From NCBI RefSeq assembly GCF_963921235.1, contig NC_086109.1, positions 4,528,001 through 4,592,000 of the forward strand: a stretch of 64,000 bases of DNA. The letters are read 5' to 3'. Within the stretch, counting starts at the first letter, position 1; each line of letters opens with the position of its first letter. Below, piece by piece: positions 10,990-25,074 of this stretch. Origin of the DNA: Mobula hypostoma. Its lineage: Eukaryota. The position numbers and the translations under genes are program-made. The notes under the pieces were generated by a model. The model did not search any database and had not been told where the DNA came from. It saw nothing but the letters and a program-made list of their open reading frames with translations.

Positions 10990-11915
10990 GTGCAGCTTAA
11001 GGATGCATGCTTAGCCCGCTGTTCTACTCCCTGTACACTCACAATTGCATGGCTAGGCACAGCTCAAATGCCATTTATAAATTTGCCGATGGCACAACTA
11101 TTATTGGCAGAATTTCAAACGGCGACCAGGTGGTGATAGATCAGCTGGTTGAGTGGTGATGCAACAACAGCATTGCACTCAGTATCAGTAAGAACAGGGA
11201 ACTTATTGTGGACTTCACCAAGGGGAAGTGGAGGGAACACACAAGTCCTCATTAAGGGACTGGAAGCGGAAAGGGTGAGTCGTTTCAAGTTCCTGGGTGT
11301 CAACATCTCCAACAAACTATCCTGGGCCCAACATACTGATACAATTGCAAATAAGACATGACAGTGGCTATAGTTTGTTAGGAGTTTGAGGAGGTTTGGG
11401 TGACATCCAAAAACACTTGTAAATTTCTACTATGAAGAGCATTCCAGCTGGCTGCATCACTGTCTGATATGGAGGAGGGAACACTGCACAGGATCAGGGA
11501 GAAATTTGTAAACCTAGCCAGCTCCATCATGGGCAATCGTCTCCCCGGCATCCAGAACACTTTCACAAGGCACTGCCTCAGAAAGGCAACATTCATCATT
11601 AAGGACCACCACCACCCAGAACATGCCCTCCTCTCATTGCTACCATCAAAGAGGAATCAGAATCAGGTTTAATGTTGTGAATTTTGTTGTTATGTGGGAG
11701 CCTGAAGACGCACACACAACATTTCAAGAACAGCTTCTTCCCCTCCGCCATCAGAATTCTGATGAAACATGACCATGAAGCCATGAACACTCTTATTGCA
11801 CCACTTATTTAATTTTAAACTCATACACTTACTGCAAGTTTTTTTAATGTATTGCCATGTACTTCTGCTGCAAAATAAGTTTCATGACATATACCAGTGA
11901 TGTTAAACCTGATCT
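10990..11915 (+). mobile_element. Rex1/Babar-type LINE 3' part (degenerate)
   Basis: GC.LSPL.YSLYT, YKFAD.TTIIG, ERVSRFKFLGVNIS; AACAGCTTCTTCCCC 3' region; AAACCTGAT tail. Confidence 0.75.
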
Positions 11916-11994
11916 GAAAAATGCAATCATATCACAACCATGTAAATTCATTTGTTATCATGGCATGTACTGAGATATGAAAGACTTTGTTTTA

Positions 11995-12692
11995 GACCAT
12001 AAGACCATAAGACAAAGGAGTAGAAGTCGGCCATTCGGCCCATCAAGTCTTCTCTGCCATTTTATCATGAGCTGATCCATTCTCCCATTTAGTCCCACTC
12101 CCCTGCCTTCTCACCATAACCTGTGATGCCCTGGCTACTCAGATACCTATTAATCTCTGCCTTAAATACACCCAATGACTTGGCCTCCACTGCTGCCCGT
12201 GGCAACAAATTCCATCGATTCACCACCCTCTGGCTAAAAAAATTTCTTCGCATCTCTGTTCTGAATGGGCGCCCTTCAATCCTTAAGTCATGTCCTCTTG
12301 TACTAGACTCCCCCACCATGGGAAACAATTTTGCCACATCCACTCTGTCCATGCCTTTCAACATTTGAAATGTTTCTATGAGGTCCCCCCTCATTCTTCT
12401 AAAGTCCAAGGAATACAGTCGAAGAGCAGACACACATCCCTCATACGTTAACCCTCTCATTCCCAGAATTATTCTAGTGAATCTTCTCTGTACCCTCTCC
12501 AACATCAGCACATCCTTTCTTAAATAAGGAGCCCAAAACTGCCCACAGTACTCCAAGTGAGGTCTTACCAGCGCCTTATAGAGCCTCAACATCACATCCC
12601 TGCTCCTATACTCTATTCCTCTAGAAATGATTGCCAAGGTTGCATTCACCTTCTTCACCACTGACTCAACCTGGAGGTTAACCTTAAGGGTA
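11995..12692 (-). mobile_element. CR1 LINE 3' fragment
   Basis: ORF 12089-12661: LYKALVRPHLEYC.QFWAP..LERVQRRFTR; (TCTTATGG)n tail. Confidence 0.9.
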
Positions 12693-13139
12693 TGCCATCC
12701 ACACAGATCATTTCATTACAACAGAGCATTGAGATAGTACGAGAGAAAACAGTAAGAGAATGCGGAATGAAGTGTCACAGTTAGAGAGGAAATGCACTGC
12801 GGACAAAAGAGTGCAAGGCCACTACAGGTAGTTTGAAGTCACAAGTCCATCCTATCATTCAATAGTCAATAACAATGGGGTAGTTGTTCTTGATGGTGGT
12901 ACGTGCTTTTGGCTTCTGTGTATTCTGGCCGATGCGAGTGGAGGGAGAAGAGAGAATGTGGGTGGAGTCTATGAATACAAGGCAGCACAAAGTGTCGATA
13001 GAGTCCATGGAGGGGAGGCTGGTTTCAGCGTTGGACTGAGCTGTGCCCAGAGGTCTATGTAGTTTGTGGTGGTCTCAAGGAGAGCAGTTGCCATAGCAAA
13101 CCATGGTGCACCTGGATAGGGAAAGTTTTCTCTGGCCGT

Positions 13140-16100
13140 TTTCTCCTTGCAAGCCCGTCAGTAATGACGATGACGTCTCTGATGAGAGCGAAGCCGGAAG
13201 TGGGAAGCGCAGATACATCCGCGGGTCGGGCGCGTTATGGTCATTGAAGGGTCAGGTCATCCCTCCTTGTAGTCCGGGCATTTTTGATCGAGGTCCTTCA
13301 GCCGCTACTCTCTGAATGTGCTGGTGCCTTTGTAGACTGCCAGGCACCAGGTGTTGCAGCCTTTGGCCAAGGCCTCCCAACCCGTCACAGGGACATTGCA
13401 TGCCTTGAAGGACACTTTCACATAGTCTTTTCAGAGCTTTGTGGGGCCTTCCTGCTTTCTGGTGCTATGTGCCAGCTCAGAAAAGAATACCATTTTTGGA
13501 AGGCGGTTGTCTTCCATCTGGACCAGATGTCATACACGTCAAAGTTGAGCCTTCATGATCAATGTCTCTGTGCCAGAGCTCTCGGCACTTCATAGCACTT
13601 CTGTGGTGGGGACTCCGTCTTGCCACGAGTTGCCTATGATCTTGCGAAGGCATCGCTGGTGGAACTGGTCAAGCATCTTGATGTGCTTGTGCCATGGGGT
13701 CCATGTTTCACAGCCACACAACAGAGAAGTCAGGATGATTGTTCTGTAGACTGCCGTCTTGGGTCTTCAGCCAGTTGCCATGTTCTCCCCACACACGCGT
13801 CCATAGCCTGCCAAAGCACGCCCCAGCGTTTGCAAGTCCGTTTGAGACCTCGCAATCTAAACTGCAGGAGGGGGTGAGGGAGCTTCCCAAGTTGGTGAAG
13901 GTGTCAACATTGTTGAGCTGTGTGCCTTCAATCTCAATTCGTGGTTCCGCAGGGTTGGTATGGGGTGTGGGCTGAAGTAGAATTTCTGTCTTCCGCAGCC
14001 GGAAGGTTAGGCTGAATTTTCTTGCTGCCACAGTGAGGCAGTCAGCGAGCTCCTGCGGGTCCCTTTCACTGTGCGCTGCAAGAGCGCAGTCTTCTGCAAA
14101 GAGCAAGTCTCGTACTATTGCTTCCGGCACTTTGGTCTTGGCCGTGAGGTGTCGCAGATCAAAGAAGCGTTCATCAGTCCTGTAGCGGATTGGTATTCCT
14201 GTAGCAGTCTGTGAGAGAGCAGCGAACAGCATTGTGGCAAACAGCAGGCTGAACAGTGTAGGTGCAAGGACACAGCCCTGCTTGACACCGTTAGTTGCTA
14301 GGAAGGGGTCAGAGGTGCAGCTGTTTTCAATGACCTTGGTCATCATTCCTTCATGAATGAACTGACAGTGCTGACCAGCCTTGGCCGGGGTGGGGAGCGG
14401 GAGCAGTCTAACTTGGTAAGGATGTGTCCAAAGGTCTGTGCAACTGATGGTATCAAATGCCTTCATCAGGTCCACAAAGAGGACGTAGAGATTCTGGTTC
14501 CATTCCTGGCACTTCTCCTGGATCTGTCTAACAGCAAAGATCATGTCCACTCTCCCTCTGTTGGATCTGAAACCACATTGGCTCTTGAGACGACGTCATC
14601 AAGGAGGTGAGAGGTAATCCTGTTCAGTATGGTACCGGCCGTGATCTTCCTGGCTATGCTCAGGAGAGGTATTCCTATGTGGTTGCCACAGGATGCCCGG
14701 TCCCCCTTGTTCTTGTACAGGTGGATGCAGTTTGCTTCCCTAAAGTCCTATGGTACACGGACTTTCTCCCAGAACTGCTGCATGAGCTCTGTCAGCCTCC
14801 GAAGAAGGGTTTTGCCACCCTCTTTGAAGAGTTCTGGTGGGATCCCATCCGGGCCAGGGGCCTTACCTGGCTGCAGTTGTTTGACTGCCTTCCTAGTTTC
14901 TACCAATGTGGGGGATCAGCAAGGGCCTCCAAGACTGGGCACTGGGGTATGTCTTCTATGGCCTGGTCCTCTATCTGGGACGGCCCGTTTAGCAGCTGGT
15001 TGAAATGGTCTGCCCAGCGTTGGACAATGTCGCCTTTGTCAGTGTGGAGCGCTCCATCCAAGAAGCAGACTGGTGCCACGATGTTGGAGGAAGGTCCGTA
15101 CACTGCCTGTAGACCATCAAAAAGCGTCTTTGTGTTGTTCTGGTCAGTGTAGTGCTGAAGCTCTGCTGCTTTGGCTTCCCGCCACTCATCTTTCATCTTC
15201 TGCAGCTCAGCCTGGACCTTACCACGGAGGTGCTTCGAGCGGTCATGTTTGGGGGTTGGCTGCATGTCACTGAGCCAGCTTGCAAAGGCTTCCTGCTTCT
15301 GCTTGAGAAGGGTGATGATATCAGAGTTGTTCTCATCATATCAATCCTGATGTTTATTCTTAGGGTGCCCGAGAATGCCACTTGCTGCTCTGTACAGGGT
15401 GTCTCTGAAGACAGCCCATGCCATTTCTGGGTCAGCTTCCTCAGGCAGTCACTCAAGTTGTTCCTCCAGTTTGCTGATCAGAACTTCTTTGATGCTGGGG
15501 TCAGCGAGCCGTTGAATGCTCAGCTTCCGCTTAGCGGCAGCCTGCTGGCGCCTGTGCACCCTGGCGATCTGAAATGTCAGCAGGATGTGGACAGTCCAGC
15601 AGTCTGCACCCCTCATCGCTCTGGTGATGACCAATCCCTGATGTCCCAGCATCTTGCAATCATGTGATCAATCTGGTACCAGTTCTTGGAGTGCGGTGCA
15701 TCCACGTTGCCTAGAGGATGTTTGGAAAATGAAAGGGGGGTGGGGTGGTGATTGTCAGCCCATTTTCCGTGCAGAAGGTGAGTAGCAGCTGCCCACTTGA
15801 ATTCTCCTGTCCAAGGCCATGCTTGCCAATGACTTCTGGCCAAGACAGGTCACTGCCTACTCGGGCATTGAAGTTGCCAAGTAGCAGGATCTCATCGACT
15901 TTGGGGACAGAGTGTAGTAGCTAGCCGAGTTCTGGTAGAACAGTTCCTTCTGTTCAGAGGTGTAAGGTCATGCTGGACGTGTAGGCACTATAAGGGAGTT
16001 GAGTACAAGAGCAAGGAAATCCTTTTGCATTTGTACAGAGCCCTGGTGAGACCACACCTGGAGTATTGTGTGCAGTTTTGGTCTCCAGGGTTAAGGAAGG

Positions 16101-17050
16101 ACATCCTGGCTGTGGAGGAGGTGCAGCGTAGGTTCACTGGTTAATTCCTGGGATGTCCGGACTGTCTTACGTAGAGAGGTTAGAGAGACTGGGCTTGTAC
16201 ACGCTGGAATTAAGGAGATTGAGGAGGGATCTGATTGAGACATATAAGATTATTAAGGGATTGGACAAGATAGAGGCAGCAAATATGTTCCAGATGCTGG
16301 GAGAGTCCAGAACCAAAGGGCATGGTTTAAGAATAAGGGTTAGGTCATTTAGGACAGAGTTGAGGAGGAACTTCTTCTGCCAGAGAGTTGTGGAGGTGTG
16401 GAACACGCTGCCTCAGAAGGCAGTGGAGGCCAATTCTCTGGATGCTTTCAGGAAGGAGCTAGATAGGTATCTTCTGGATAGGGGAATCAAGGGTTATGGG
16501 GACAAGGCAGGAACTGGGTATTGATAGTAGATGATCAGCCATGATCTCAGAATGGTGGTGCAGGCTCCAAGGGCCGAATGGTCTCCTTCTGCACCTATTG
16601 TCTATTCAGAGTCAGATGAGTCTTGGCTTTCAGAGGCAGCCTCATTACCATGAGGTGATCGTTGATGCCGCTGGGGAGGGACTCCAGGTTCCTGACGATT
16701 GTGGTGCGGATGGCAAGGCCAACTCTGGCTTCTCCGGCCTCATCCTTTCCCTTGCCATTCCAGAAAAACATGTAGCCGGCCCCTGCTTCTGTGACTTCAC
16801 CAGTCTCAGCCAGGTGTGTCTCACTGAGCTCTGCAATATCAACGTACTTCTGAAGCACGTGTCCTACAAGAGCAGTTTGCCTCTCTAGTCTGTTACTGGT
16901 CTTGTTGTCCATGAGCGTCCTGACGTTCCAGGCTCCAACACAGGGTTGTGCTCAGATTTCTGGTGGTTCTTTTTTTGTGTGGTTTTTGAGGTAGTTCGAC
17001 TGCAAAATAGATGTCTAGTCAGCTGCAGTATGATAACAGGCCCCACCTGC
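13140..17050 (-). mobile_element. Near full-length degenerate RTE-clade LINE (APE + RT + C-terminal zinc-finger-like motif)
   Basis: APE start WNVRTLMDN..ERQTALV..LSET (16595-16930); RT DMIFAVRQIQEKC..GVKQGCVLAPTLFS..LLFAEDCAL (13708-14550); C-terminal CASHFRLRSHQRRH near 13170-13220; many frameshifts. Confidence 0.85.
15990..16606 (+). mobile_element. CR1 3' fragment nested in the RTE element
   Basis: LYRALVRPHLEYCVQFWSP..LSYVERLERLGLYTLE; (CTATTGT)n tail; RTE APE sequence is contiguous on both sides. Confidence 0.85.
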
Positions 17051-17056
17051 CCGAAG

Positions 17057-18245
17057 CAAAGTATTCATTAAGTACCTCCGCTATTTCCTCCGGTTCCATA
17101 CATACTTTTCCAGTGTCACACTTGATTGGTCCTATTCTCTCACATCATACACTCTTCCTCCTCACATACTTATAGAATGCCTTGGGGTTTTCCTTAATCC
17201 TGTCCACCAAGGCCTTCTCATAGCCCCTCTTGCTCTCCCAATTTCATTCTTAAACTCCTTCCTGCAAGCCTTATAATCTTCTAGATTCATATCATTACCT
17301 AATTTTTTAAAAAAACGTTTTGTAAGCTCTTCTTTCTCCTTGACTAGACTTACAACGACCTTTGTGCACCACGGATCTTGTACCATACCATCCTTTCCAT
17401 GTCTCATTGGAACGTACCTACTCAGAAACCCACGCAAATATCCCCTGAACATTTGCCACATTTCTTTGGTACGTTTCCCTGAGAACATGTTTCCAACTTA
17501 TGCTTCCAAGTTCCTGCCTGATAGCCTCATAGTTCCCCTTACTTCAATTAAACGTTTCCCAAACTTCTCTGTTCCTATCCCTCGCCAATGCTGTGGTAAA
17601 GGAGATAGAATTGTGATCACTATCTCCAAAATGCTCTCCCACTGAGAGACCTGACGCCTGATCAGGTTCATTTCCCAATACCAGATCAAGTACAGCCTCT
17701 CCTCTTGTAGGCTTATCTACATGTTGTGCCAAGAAACCTTCCTGAACACACCTCACAAACTCTGCCCCATCTAAACCCCTCACTCTAGGGAGATGCCGAT
17801 CAATATTTGGGAAATTAAAATCTCCCACAACCACCCTGTTATTATTACTCCTTTCCAGAACCTATCTTTCCTATCTGCTCTTCAATGTCCCTGTTACTAT
17901 TGGGCAGTCTATAAAAAAAAACACCCAGTAGTTATTGACCCCTTCCTATTCTTAACTTCCACCCAAAAACTCTGTAGACAACCCCTCCATGACTTCCTCC
18001 CTTTCAGCAGCTGTGTCACTATCTCTGATCAACAGTGCCACACCCCCACCTCTTTTGTCTCCCTCCCTATCTTTTCTGAAACATCTAAAGCTTGGCACTA
18101 GATGTAGCCATTCCTGCCTCTGCACCATCCAAGTCCCTGTAATGGCCACAACATCATAGCTCCAAGAGCTGATCCACGCTTTAACCTCATCAGCTTTATT
18201 CATGACACTCCTCGCATTAAAATAGACACATCTCAAACCATCTGA
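17057..18245 (-). mobile_element. CR1 ORF2 endonuclease-region fragment
   Basis: CVYFNARS..NKADE, VVGDFNFPNID, PTRGEAVLDLVLGNEP, GDSDHNSI. Confidence 0.85.
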
Positions 18246-18647
18246 CTGCATGTCTGCATGTGTTTCCTCTGGGTGCTCCAGTTCCCCACACTCCAAAGAC
18301 GTACGAGTTAGGATTCGCAACTTGGAGCATGGCAACACTTGTGGGCTGCACATGACAATCCTCAGACTGTGTCAGTCATCAACATAAACAAAACATTTCA
18401 CTTCAGTCTCCGCTACTCCAGAAGAAAACCCAACTTTATCCAACTTCTCTTTATAGCACTTGCTCTCTCACTCAGGCTGAGTCCTGGTGAACCCCTTCCA
18501 CACCCTCTCCAAAGCCTCCACATTTTCTTCTACAGTATCTCCTTTTTCCTGACAATACTCTCAATATTTGTTAACCAAAGTTCCCCAACCTTGGCAGCCT
18601 TACCCTCCACTGTAACAGTAGAATGCTGAGCTTGAACACTCCCTAAT

Positions 18648-19550
18648 CCCATGACTGTGTGGCTAAGCACAGCTTAAATGCCATCTATAAATTTGCAGAT
18701 GATACAACCATTGTTGGTAGAATCTCAGATGGTGATGAGAGGGCATACAGGAGTGAGATATGCCAACTAGTGGAATGGTGCCACAGCAACAACCTGGCAC
18801 TCAATGTCAGTAAGACAAAAGAGCTGATTGTGGACTTCAGGAAGGGCAAGACGAAGGAACACGTACCAATCCTCAGAGGCATCAGAACTGGAGAGAGTGA
18901 GCAGTTTCAAGTTCCCAGGTGTCAAGATCTCTGAGGACCTAACCTGGTCCCAATATATTGATGCAGCTATAAAGAAGGCAAGACAGTGGGAGTTTGAAGA
19001 GATTTGGTATGTCAACAAATATACTCAAAACCTTCTTTAGCTGTACCATGGAGAGCATTCTGACAGGCTGCATCACTGTCTGGTTGGGGGGGAGGGGGAA
19101 CTACTGCACAGGACTGAAAGAAGCTGCAGCGGGTTGTAAATCTAGTCAGCTACATCTTGGGTACTAGCCTGCAAAGTACCCAGTACATCTTCAGTGAGCA
19201 ATGTCTCAGAAAGGTAGTGTCCATTATTAAAGACCTCCAGCACCCAGGGCATGCTCTTTTCTCACTGTTATCGTCAGGTAGGAGGTAGAGAGCCTGAAGG
19301 CACCCACTCGGTGATTCAGGAACAGCTTCTTCCCCTCTACCATCCAATTCATAAATGGACATTGAACCCTTGGACACTGCCTCACTTTTTAAAAAATATA
19401 TAGTATTTCTGTTTTTTAATCTATTCAATATACGTATTCTGTAATTGATTTATGTATTTATTTTTTCTTCTATAATATGTATTGTATTGAACTGCTGCTG
19501 CTGTTAACAAATTTCATGACACCTGTCAGTGATAATAAACCTGATTCTGA
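18648..19550 (+). mobile_element. Rex1/Babar-type LINE 3' part
   Basis: YKFADDTTIVGRIS..WCHSNNLALNVSKTKELIVDFRK; AATAAACCTGATTCTGA tail. Confidence 0.85.
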
Positions 19551-20269
19551 TTTCCCATCTCACCTTTAAAGTTCTCTCAACCTGTGTACAACATCCATTA
19601 TTTGCTTAACAACTATATAGCTTGGGAGGCCCCAGAACCATCGCAAAAAGATTCCCAATTGAGTAAATATTTAGAGTCCTTGTTAGGATACATCCAGAGT
19701 ATCGATTTAATTTCTGATCATCCCATCATAGGAAAGATGTGGAGGCTTTAGAGAGGGTGCAGTAGAGATTTACCAGGATGCTGCCTGGTTTAGAGGGCAT
19801 GTACTATAAAGAGTCACACATAAAATGCTGGAAGAACTCAGCAGGTCAGGCAGCACTATGGAAGAGAGTGAACAGTCAACGTTTCAGGCTGAGACCCTTC
19901 TCCAAAGAGGTCTTTTATGAGAAGACAAATATCAGAGTTGTATCATACACACATACTTTGACAATAAAACAAACCTTTTTGAAGCATGCTGTCCATACCC
20001 AGCCTGACAAACCTAAGTCTCTAAATTCACCCTGTGTGGTTGCCCATTACAGCCAATGAACTGGCATTGTAATCCCCTGAATTATAGCTGGACACCATCA
20101 CACTTTCAACAGGGAAGGCCACCTCAGGTTTCTAGGATCTGGCCACCAGGGTGAAATCCCAATTAGAACAGTGACGACCGGTTTATTGTTCAAATGAGCA
20201 GCCTGCAACAAAGGTAACCATTGGGCAGCATAAAAGATAGAAGAGAGAGAAATTAAAAAGTGCAATGAT

Positions 20270-20275
20270 TTTATT
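20270..20275 (-). promoter_or_regulatory. Candidate polyadenylation signal of the CD46-like gene
   Basis: AATAAA on minus followed ~15-45 nt downstream by a pyrimidine/U-rich tract, near the end of the mostly non-repetitive block 20060-22914. Alternatives at 20182, 20759, 22291. Confidence 0.5.
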
Positions 20276-21616
20276 AACATGAGCAGTTGAGATAACAGCA
20301 CATTGAAACTATATTTAATGCTTAGGCATTTGGTCCAAAGCTGAACAGGCTCCTTTAGACAACAAGTCAATCAATTTTCACTGTACTTTGAAAGTTAAGC
20401 TGACAACTGGGTGGTACTTTGAGATTCAGAACTTACTAAGTCTTCGACAATAGGTCTGTTTTATAGTATACATGACCTTGAAAAGCACTGCAAAATAAAC
20501 AAGTAGTGTTCTAAAGTGAAGAGCAACAGGATGAGCCCTGCCCATCAAAAACAAAAATATTGTAACAGCGGATACAAGATGCTACTGTATCTTTCGCACA
20601 GGGACCGTGAACTTAGTGAACAGACGTGTTGAGTACATTCAAAAGTATATGGCAGCTTCAACCATAATTTTACTAATAAATAACATCAGGCATATAATAA
20701 AAACATCAAATTTTAGGTATAAGTTGCGAATATAACTTGTGCAAGAATCCTGTTGCACTTTATTTGGTTTACAATTATAAAGTGAAAAATTAAATCACAC
20801 GCCAAGAGCAATTCTATTGCATCTTGGAACTTCTAAATAAGTAAGGCCACAATGTGTACTATTTGCACAATAAACTAGATCTTTAATCCACTATGGACAA
20901 AACTTTAAATGCTCTTGTTATCTGTGCGACTCCCATCCGTTCACCAATTAAAACTGACAGGATTTGTCACCCAAGCTCTGATTTCATCTGAAATTTTCCC
21001 TCCAGCCTAGTGTAATGTCTAGTCTGGCCTCAACCCTCCTCCCGGCAGGTGTTCCCTTACTGGATCTTTAGCTCTGTCTCAAACTTTATGCCTCTAAACT
21101 CCCACTCTGTTCCAGCTTCCTCACAACTCTCCATCTTTAATTTTCCTCAATCCTCGGCTTCTACAAATCCAGACGTTAATCTGCACCCAGTGTTAGCAAT
21201 CAATAAAACCAATTGAATCAACCAGAATGATATAAAGACAGATGATATCAGGGAGAGCTACATTCTACACCTGCGGCTTATAAAAGACATTATTACATAT
21301 ACAACACAAATTAGTTTATGCTAATTTGTGTAGTCAATTGGCAAAGAATATCGAGCATCATTACAATTTTACAATTTTCCTTAAAAAAGCCAATCAGCAT
21401 GAAGAGCAAATAGTACGTCTCTAAAGTTATTTTCGATAAGTGCTCTTCATTTCGACATCGTTAAGGTGCTGCCTAGAGGCTCTGTGAAGCTCCTGTACCA
21501 CAGAAAAGCCCAACAGGTACTTGCAAATTTCTACATCTCGTTCAAAATCAGAACATTAACATCTATTCAGCAAAGATACAAGGGCCAATTAATAATAATA
21601 GTGAGTGAATGGTGGT

Positions 21617-21878
21617 ATCAGCTCCTCCACAGACAGTCCCAACCCCGGCTGCGAAGGCAGGTGTGTTGGGCATGGGCTAGCAACCGCTTCCCATAAAAAC
21701 CCAGAGCCACAGAAACACCACCAGAAGCTACAAAGGCCTCATCCCTGGGAGAGCGAGGATCTTCCCCTAGAAGATGGGCCACACCTGGGGACAATTGGAA
21801 AGATGTGCACAGAACAGAGGACCCTGGTGAGCAGCTGTCAGAGGCCTGTGTCCCAGTAGGGGTGAAGGGTTTAAGTAA
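21617..21878 (+). mobile_element. 262-bp non-autonomous RTE-derived insertion in the predicted 3' UTR (antisense)
   Basis: TSD GAATGGTGGT at 21607-21616 and 21879-21888; RTE-like leader GTTGGGCATGGGCTAGCAACC; (TAAG) tail. Confidence 0.7.
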
Positions 21879-22901
21879 GAATGGTGGTCTCACATCGGGT
21901 GGCATGGGAAAATTCTGGCCTCTTCTACGAAGGACAGCGGTTCAGTTGCACCACTCAAGCGACCACCTACTTGTTCGCATTGTTCAGAACTGCATGCCTT
22001 TGCAGGGGCAATTCTACTCCAGCATTAGTAGTGGCATATAGACTAACAATGCTTTGCCAGGAGCATCTTGGAAGCAGCACACAGGAAAGAGAAAGAAATC
22101 TGCCTTTTGTGCTAAATTGCCAAAGAGCAAGTTACAGTCCTGCTGTGCAGGACTTCAGTGAAATTAATCAGAAGTTCTAATTAAGTTTTAAAATCACAAG
22201 TTGGCTTTTTCTTTTGAAGCATTTGTTTTTTTTTGCACCTTTGATGGTGGAATGGTTTCGAATAAAATGTAATTAACCTCAGTAAAGCGGTTTATTACCA
22301 ATGTCACTATCATCTGCCCAGATGTTTAAAACAGGTTGTTGGAACAAACTGAGACCATCTGAACAAGAATACTCTGGCACTGGTTTTGCGACTTCAAATG
22401 CACCCACAAATTGAAACATCAGATTTAAATATTAAATAGCACTCAGACACAATTAACAGACCCAATAATTATCTTCATCTGGAAAAATCCCTATCAATTA
22501 TGAATTCAGAAATAGCATGAAACAATTATAAAACTTGGAACCCTCAGCAGATACTGGAATCAGCTACCTCCGGCTTCCAAATGGGAAATGTTTTCAGGCA
22601 AATATTACTAAATAAAAAGATTATCTATGTCTTCTTTACAACTGATCTGAAGTTTCATAAACATTCCTTTGCAAGAATGGGAACATTTCCATTTGTTCTG
22701 CTGCTTCATGAGCTGGCACACAATTTCGGCTGTGTTTCAATGACTGAGTATCCTCATCTTTTATTAAAAAAACATTAAGGAAATGCAGAGGATTCAGCAG
22801 GATTTGCTTAAACGAATGTCTATATAGGATACATTTGTTCACACAGCAGGAGTAGCTCCAGTTCCACACCTCGGCCATGATTAATCAAATTCAAAATAAT
22901 T

Positions 22902-22914
22902 TCAAACCACTGAT
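22902..22914 (-). CDS. CD46: CD46-like terminal exon, coding part of the short tail (R)SVV*
   Basis: Strong acceptor TTTTTTTTTCTTTCCTTCTACAG|ATCAGTGGTTTGA. Phase-2 join to the TM exon gives AGA TCA GTG GTT TGA. Confidence 0.7.
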
Positions 22915-24369
22915 CTGTAGAAGGAAAGAAAAAAAAATTAGAAGTGTGTAATGTAGCGTAGAAAGAGTTTAGTTAAGAAGTAGCTTTCAAAAGTCTAAAC
23001 GGAGATCTGATAGGGATTTATAAGATCATGAGAGACAAAAATAGAGTAGACAGACAGCATCTTTTCCCCAGGGTTGAAATGTCTAATACCAGAAAGAATA
23101 CGTTTATGCCATGGACCCCAGGTTGGGAACCTCTGATTTAGGGTAAGAGAGTAATTTCAAAGGACGTATGTGGGGCAAGTTTTTTTTAAAAACACAGTGG
23201 TGGGTGCCTAGAATGTGCTACCCGGGATGGTGGTCGTGGCAGATACTTTTAAGAGACGTTTAGAAGGCACACAAATGTGAGGACAATGGAGGGATATCGA
23301 AATTGTGTAGGGAGAATAGATTAATTTAATTGATTACTAATTTAATTGGTTCGACACAACATTGTGGGCCAAAGGACTTGTTCCTGTGCTGTACTGCTCT
23401 CAGTTCTAAGTCACAGAGTCAACCAAATAGTAAAGCCAAGGAGTAACATCATTCATTTTCCACCGGGAAAAATCAGCTCTGCAAACCTAAGTTATTTGAA
23501 ATGAAAAGCAGAAATTCAACAATGACACTCCACAGTTGCAGTCTCAAAAGTTAAGTTTAATGTAATCTATGAAGTACTGAAGTTGGTGAGGACTTCATTC
23601 CTTAGAACACAAGAAAATGAGGGGCGAGTTATAGAATTATGAGAGGCATTGATGATGTGGATGGCAAGTCTTTCCCCCACTCATTGTCATTTACAGTTTT
23701 TTATCATGTATTGTAATGTACTACTGGAGCATAACAACAAATTTTAGAATGAATGTTGGTGATATTAAACCTGATTCTGATGGCGGGGCAAGTATTTTGT
23801 TAAATACACACAATGGCAGGTGCTGAAAGCCATCTCCATGAGTGGTGGTAGGAGCAGATACAATAGAAATGTTTAAGAGGCATTTAGTCACATGAACAGA
23901 CAGGGAATGGAAGGACATGGGCCAAGTGCAGGCAGATTGCATTAGATTAGCATCATGGTTGGCATAGCTATTGTTCCACCTTCTAAACTTCTTATTTAAC
24001 TAGTTATCCAGTTCGTAACCACCTTATGTTGCCTGCGACTTGAGCCAGAGAAAGGGTACTACACAGACTAAGACTACTTTGTCACTGAGTCTGTGCCAGA
24101 CAGGGCTTCCCAGTATAGGCCCACCTTCTAACACTGGGCTCACATCACTTCAGGATACACTTCCTCACATATATATCCAAGTACTGTTTAGGTACGGCAA
24201 GTGCTTCTGCCCTATTACCTCTCCTGGTCACTACCGCCCTTTCAATGAAACTGGTTTTTCTTCATCTCCCCCTTTATGCTTGGCCGATTGGTCACTCTAC
24301 CCAGACCCAATGTCACTTTGTGCACTTCAATCAAATATTCTCTCCATCTTCTTCATTCCAAAGAAATTA

Positions 24370-24872
24370 ACCATAAGACAAGGAAGAATTAGATCATTCA
24401 GCCCATCGAGTCTGCTCCACCGTGTGAAAATGGCTGATTTATTATCCCCTCAATCCTATTCTCCTGCCTTTGGCACCCCTACTAATCAAGAACCTATCAA
24501 CCTCCTCTCAAAATATACCAAACAACTTAGCCTACACTGTCACCTGTGGCAATTTGATAAGATCCCTCCTTATTCTTCGAAACTCCAGCGAGTACAGGCA
24601 CAGAGCCACCAAATGCTCACCATATGCTAACCCTTTCATTCCCAGGATCATTCTTGTGATCCTCTGCAATACCAGCACGTCCTTTCTCAGATAAAGGACG
24701 CAAAACTGCTGACAATACTGCAAGAGCAGTCTGATCAATACCTTATAAAGCTGCAGCATACATCCTTGCTTTAATATACTAGTCCTCTTGAATTGAATGC
24801 TAACACTGTATTTGCCTTATTCACTACATACTCAACCTGCAAGTTAACCTTTAGGGAATCCTGCACAAGGAC
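24370..24872 (-). mobile_element. CR1 3' fragment with internal deletions
   Basis: MLQLYKVLIR..LQYCQQF..YSLEFRRIRRDLI. Confidence 0.75.
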
Positions 24873-25074
24873 CCACCAGCCTATCCAAATGTGCATCAGA
24901 AAAGGTTTTCAAGTACTGGCAATAGTTCACTTCTCACAACTCCAAATCTGTTGTTTTTTTTATTTACGGATCCAAGACCTCAGCACATCAGAATGTTTGC
25001 TGCCATCTTGGGGCACTGGCCCTCCTGTATTATCCCCAACCTCTGGATTAAATTCTCTTCCTGACCAGCAGGAA

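Noticed and set aside
24040..24630. 196-aa plus-strand ORF and similar long ORFs (8112-8660, 9930-10484, 14607-15152, 56063-56518)
   Set aside because: Antisense or off-frame readings across TE fragments, with no recognisable domains.
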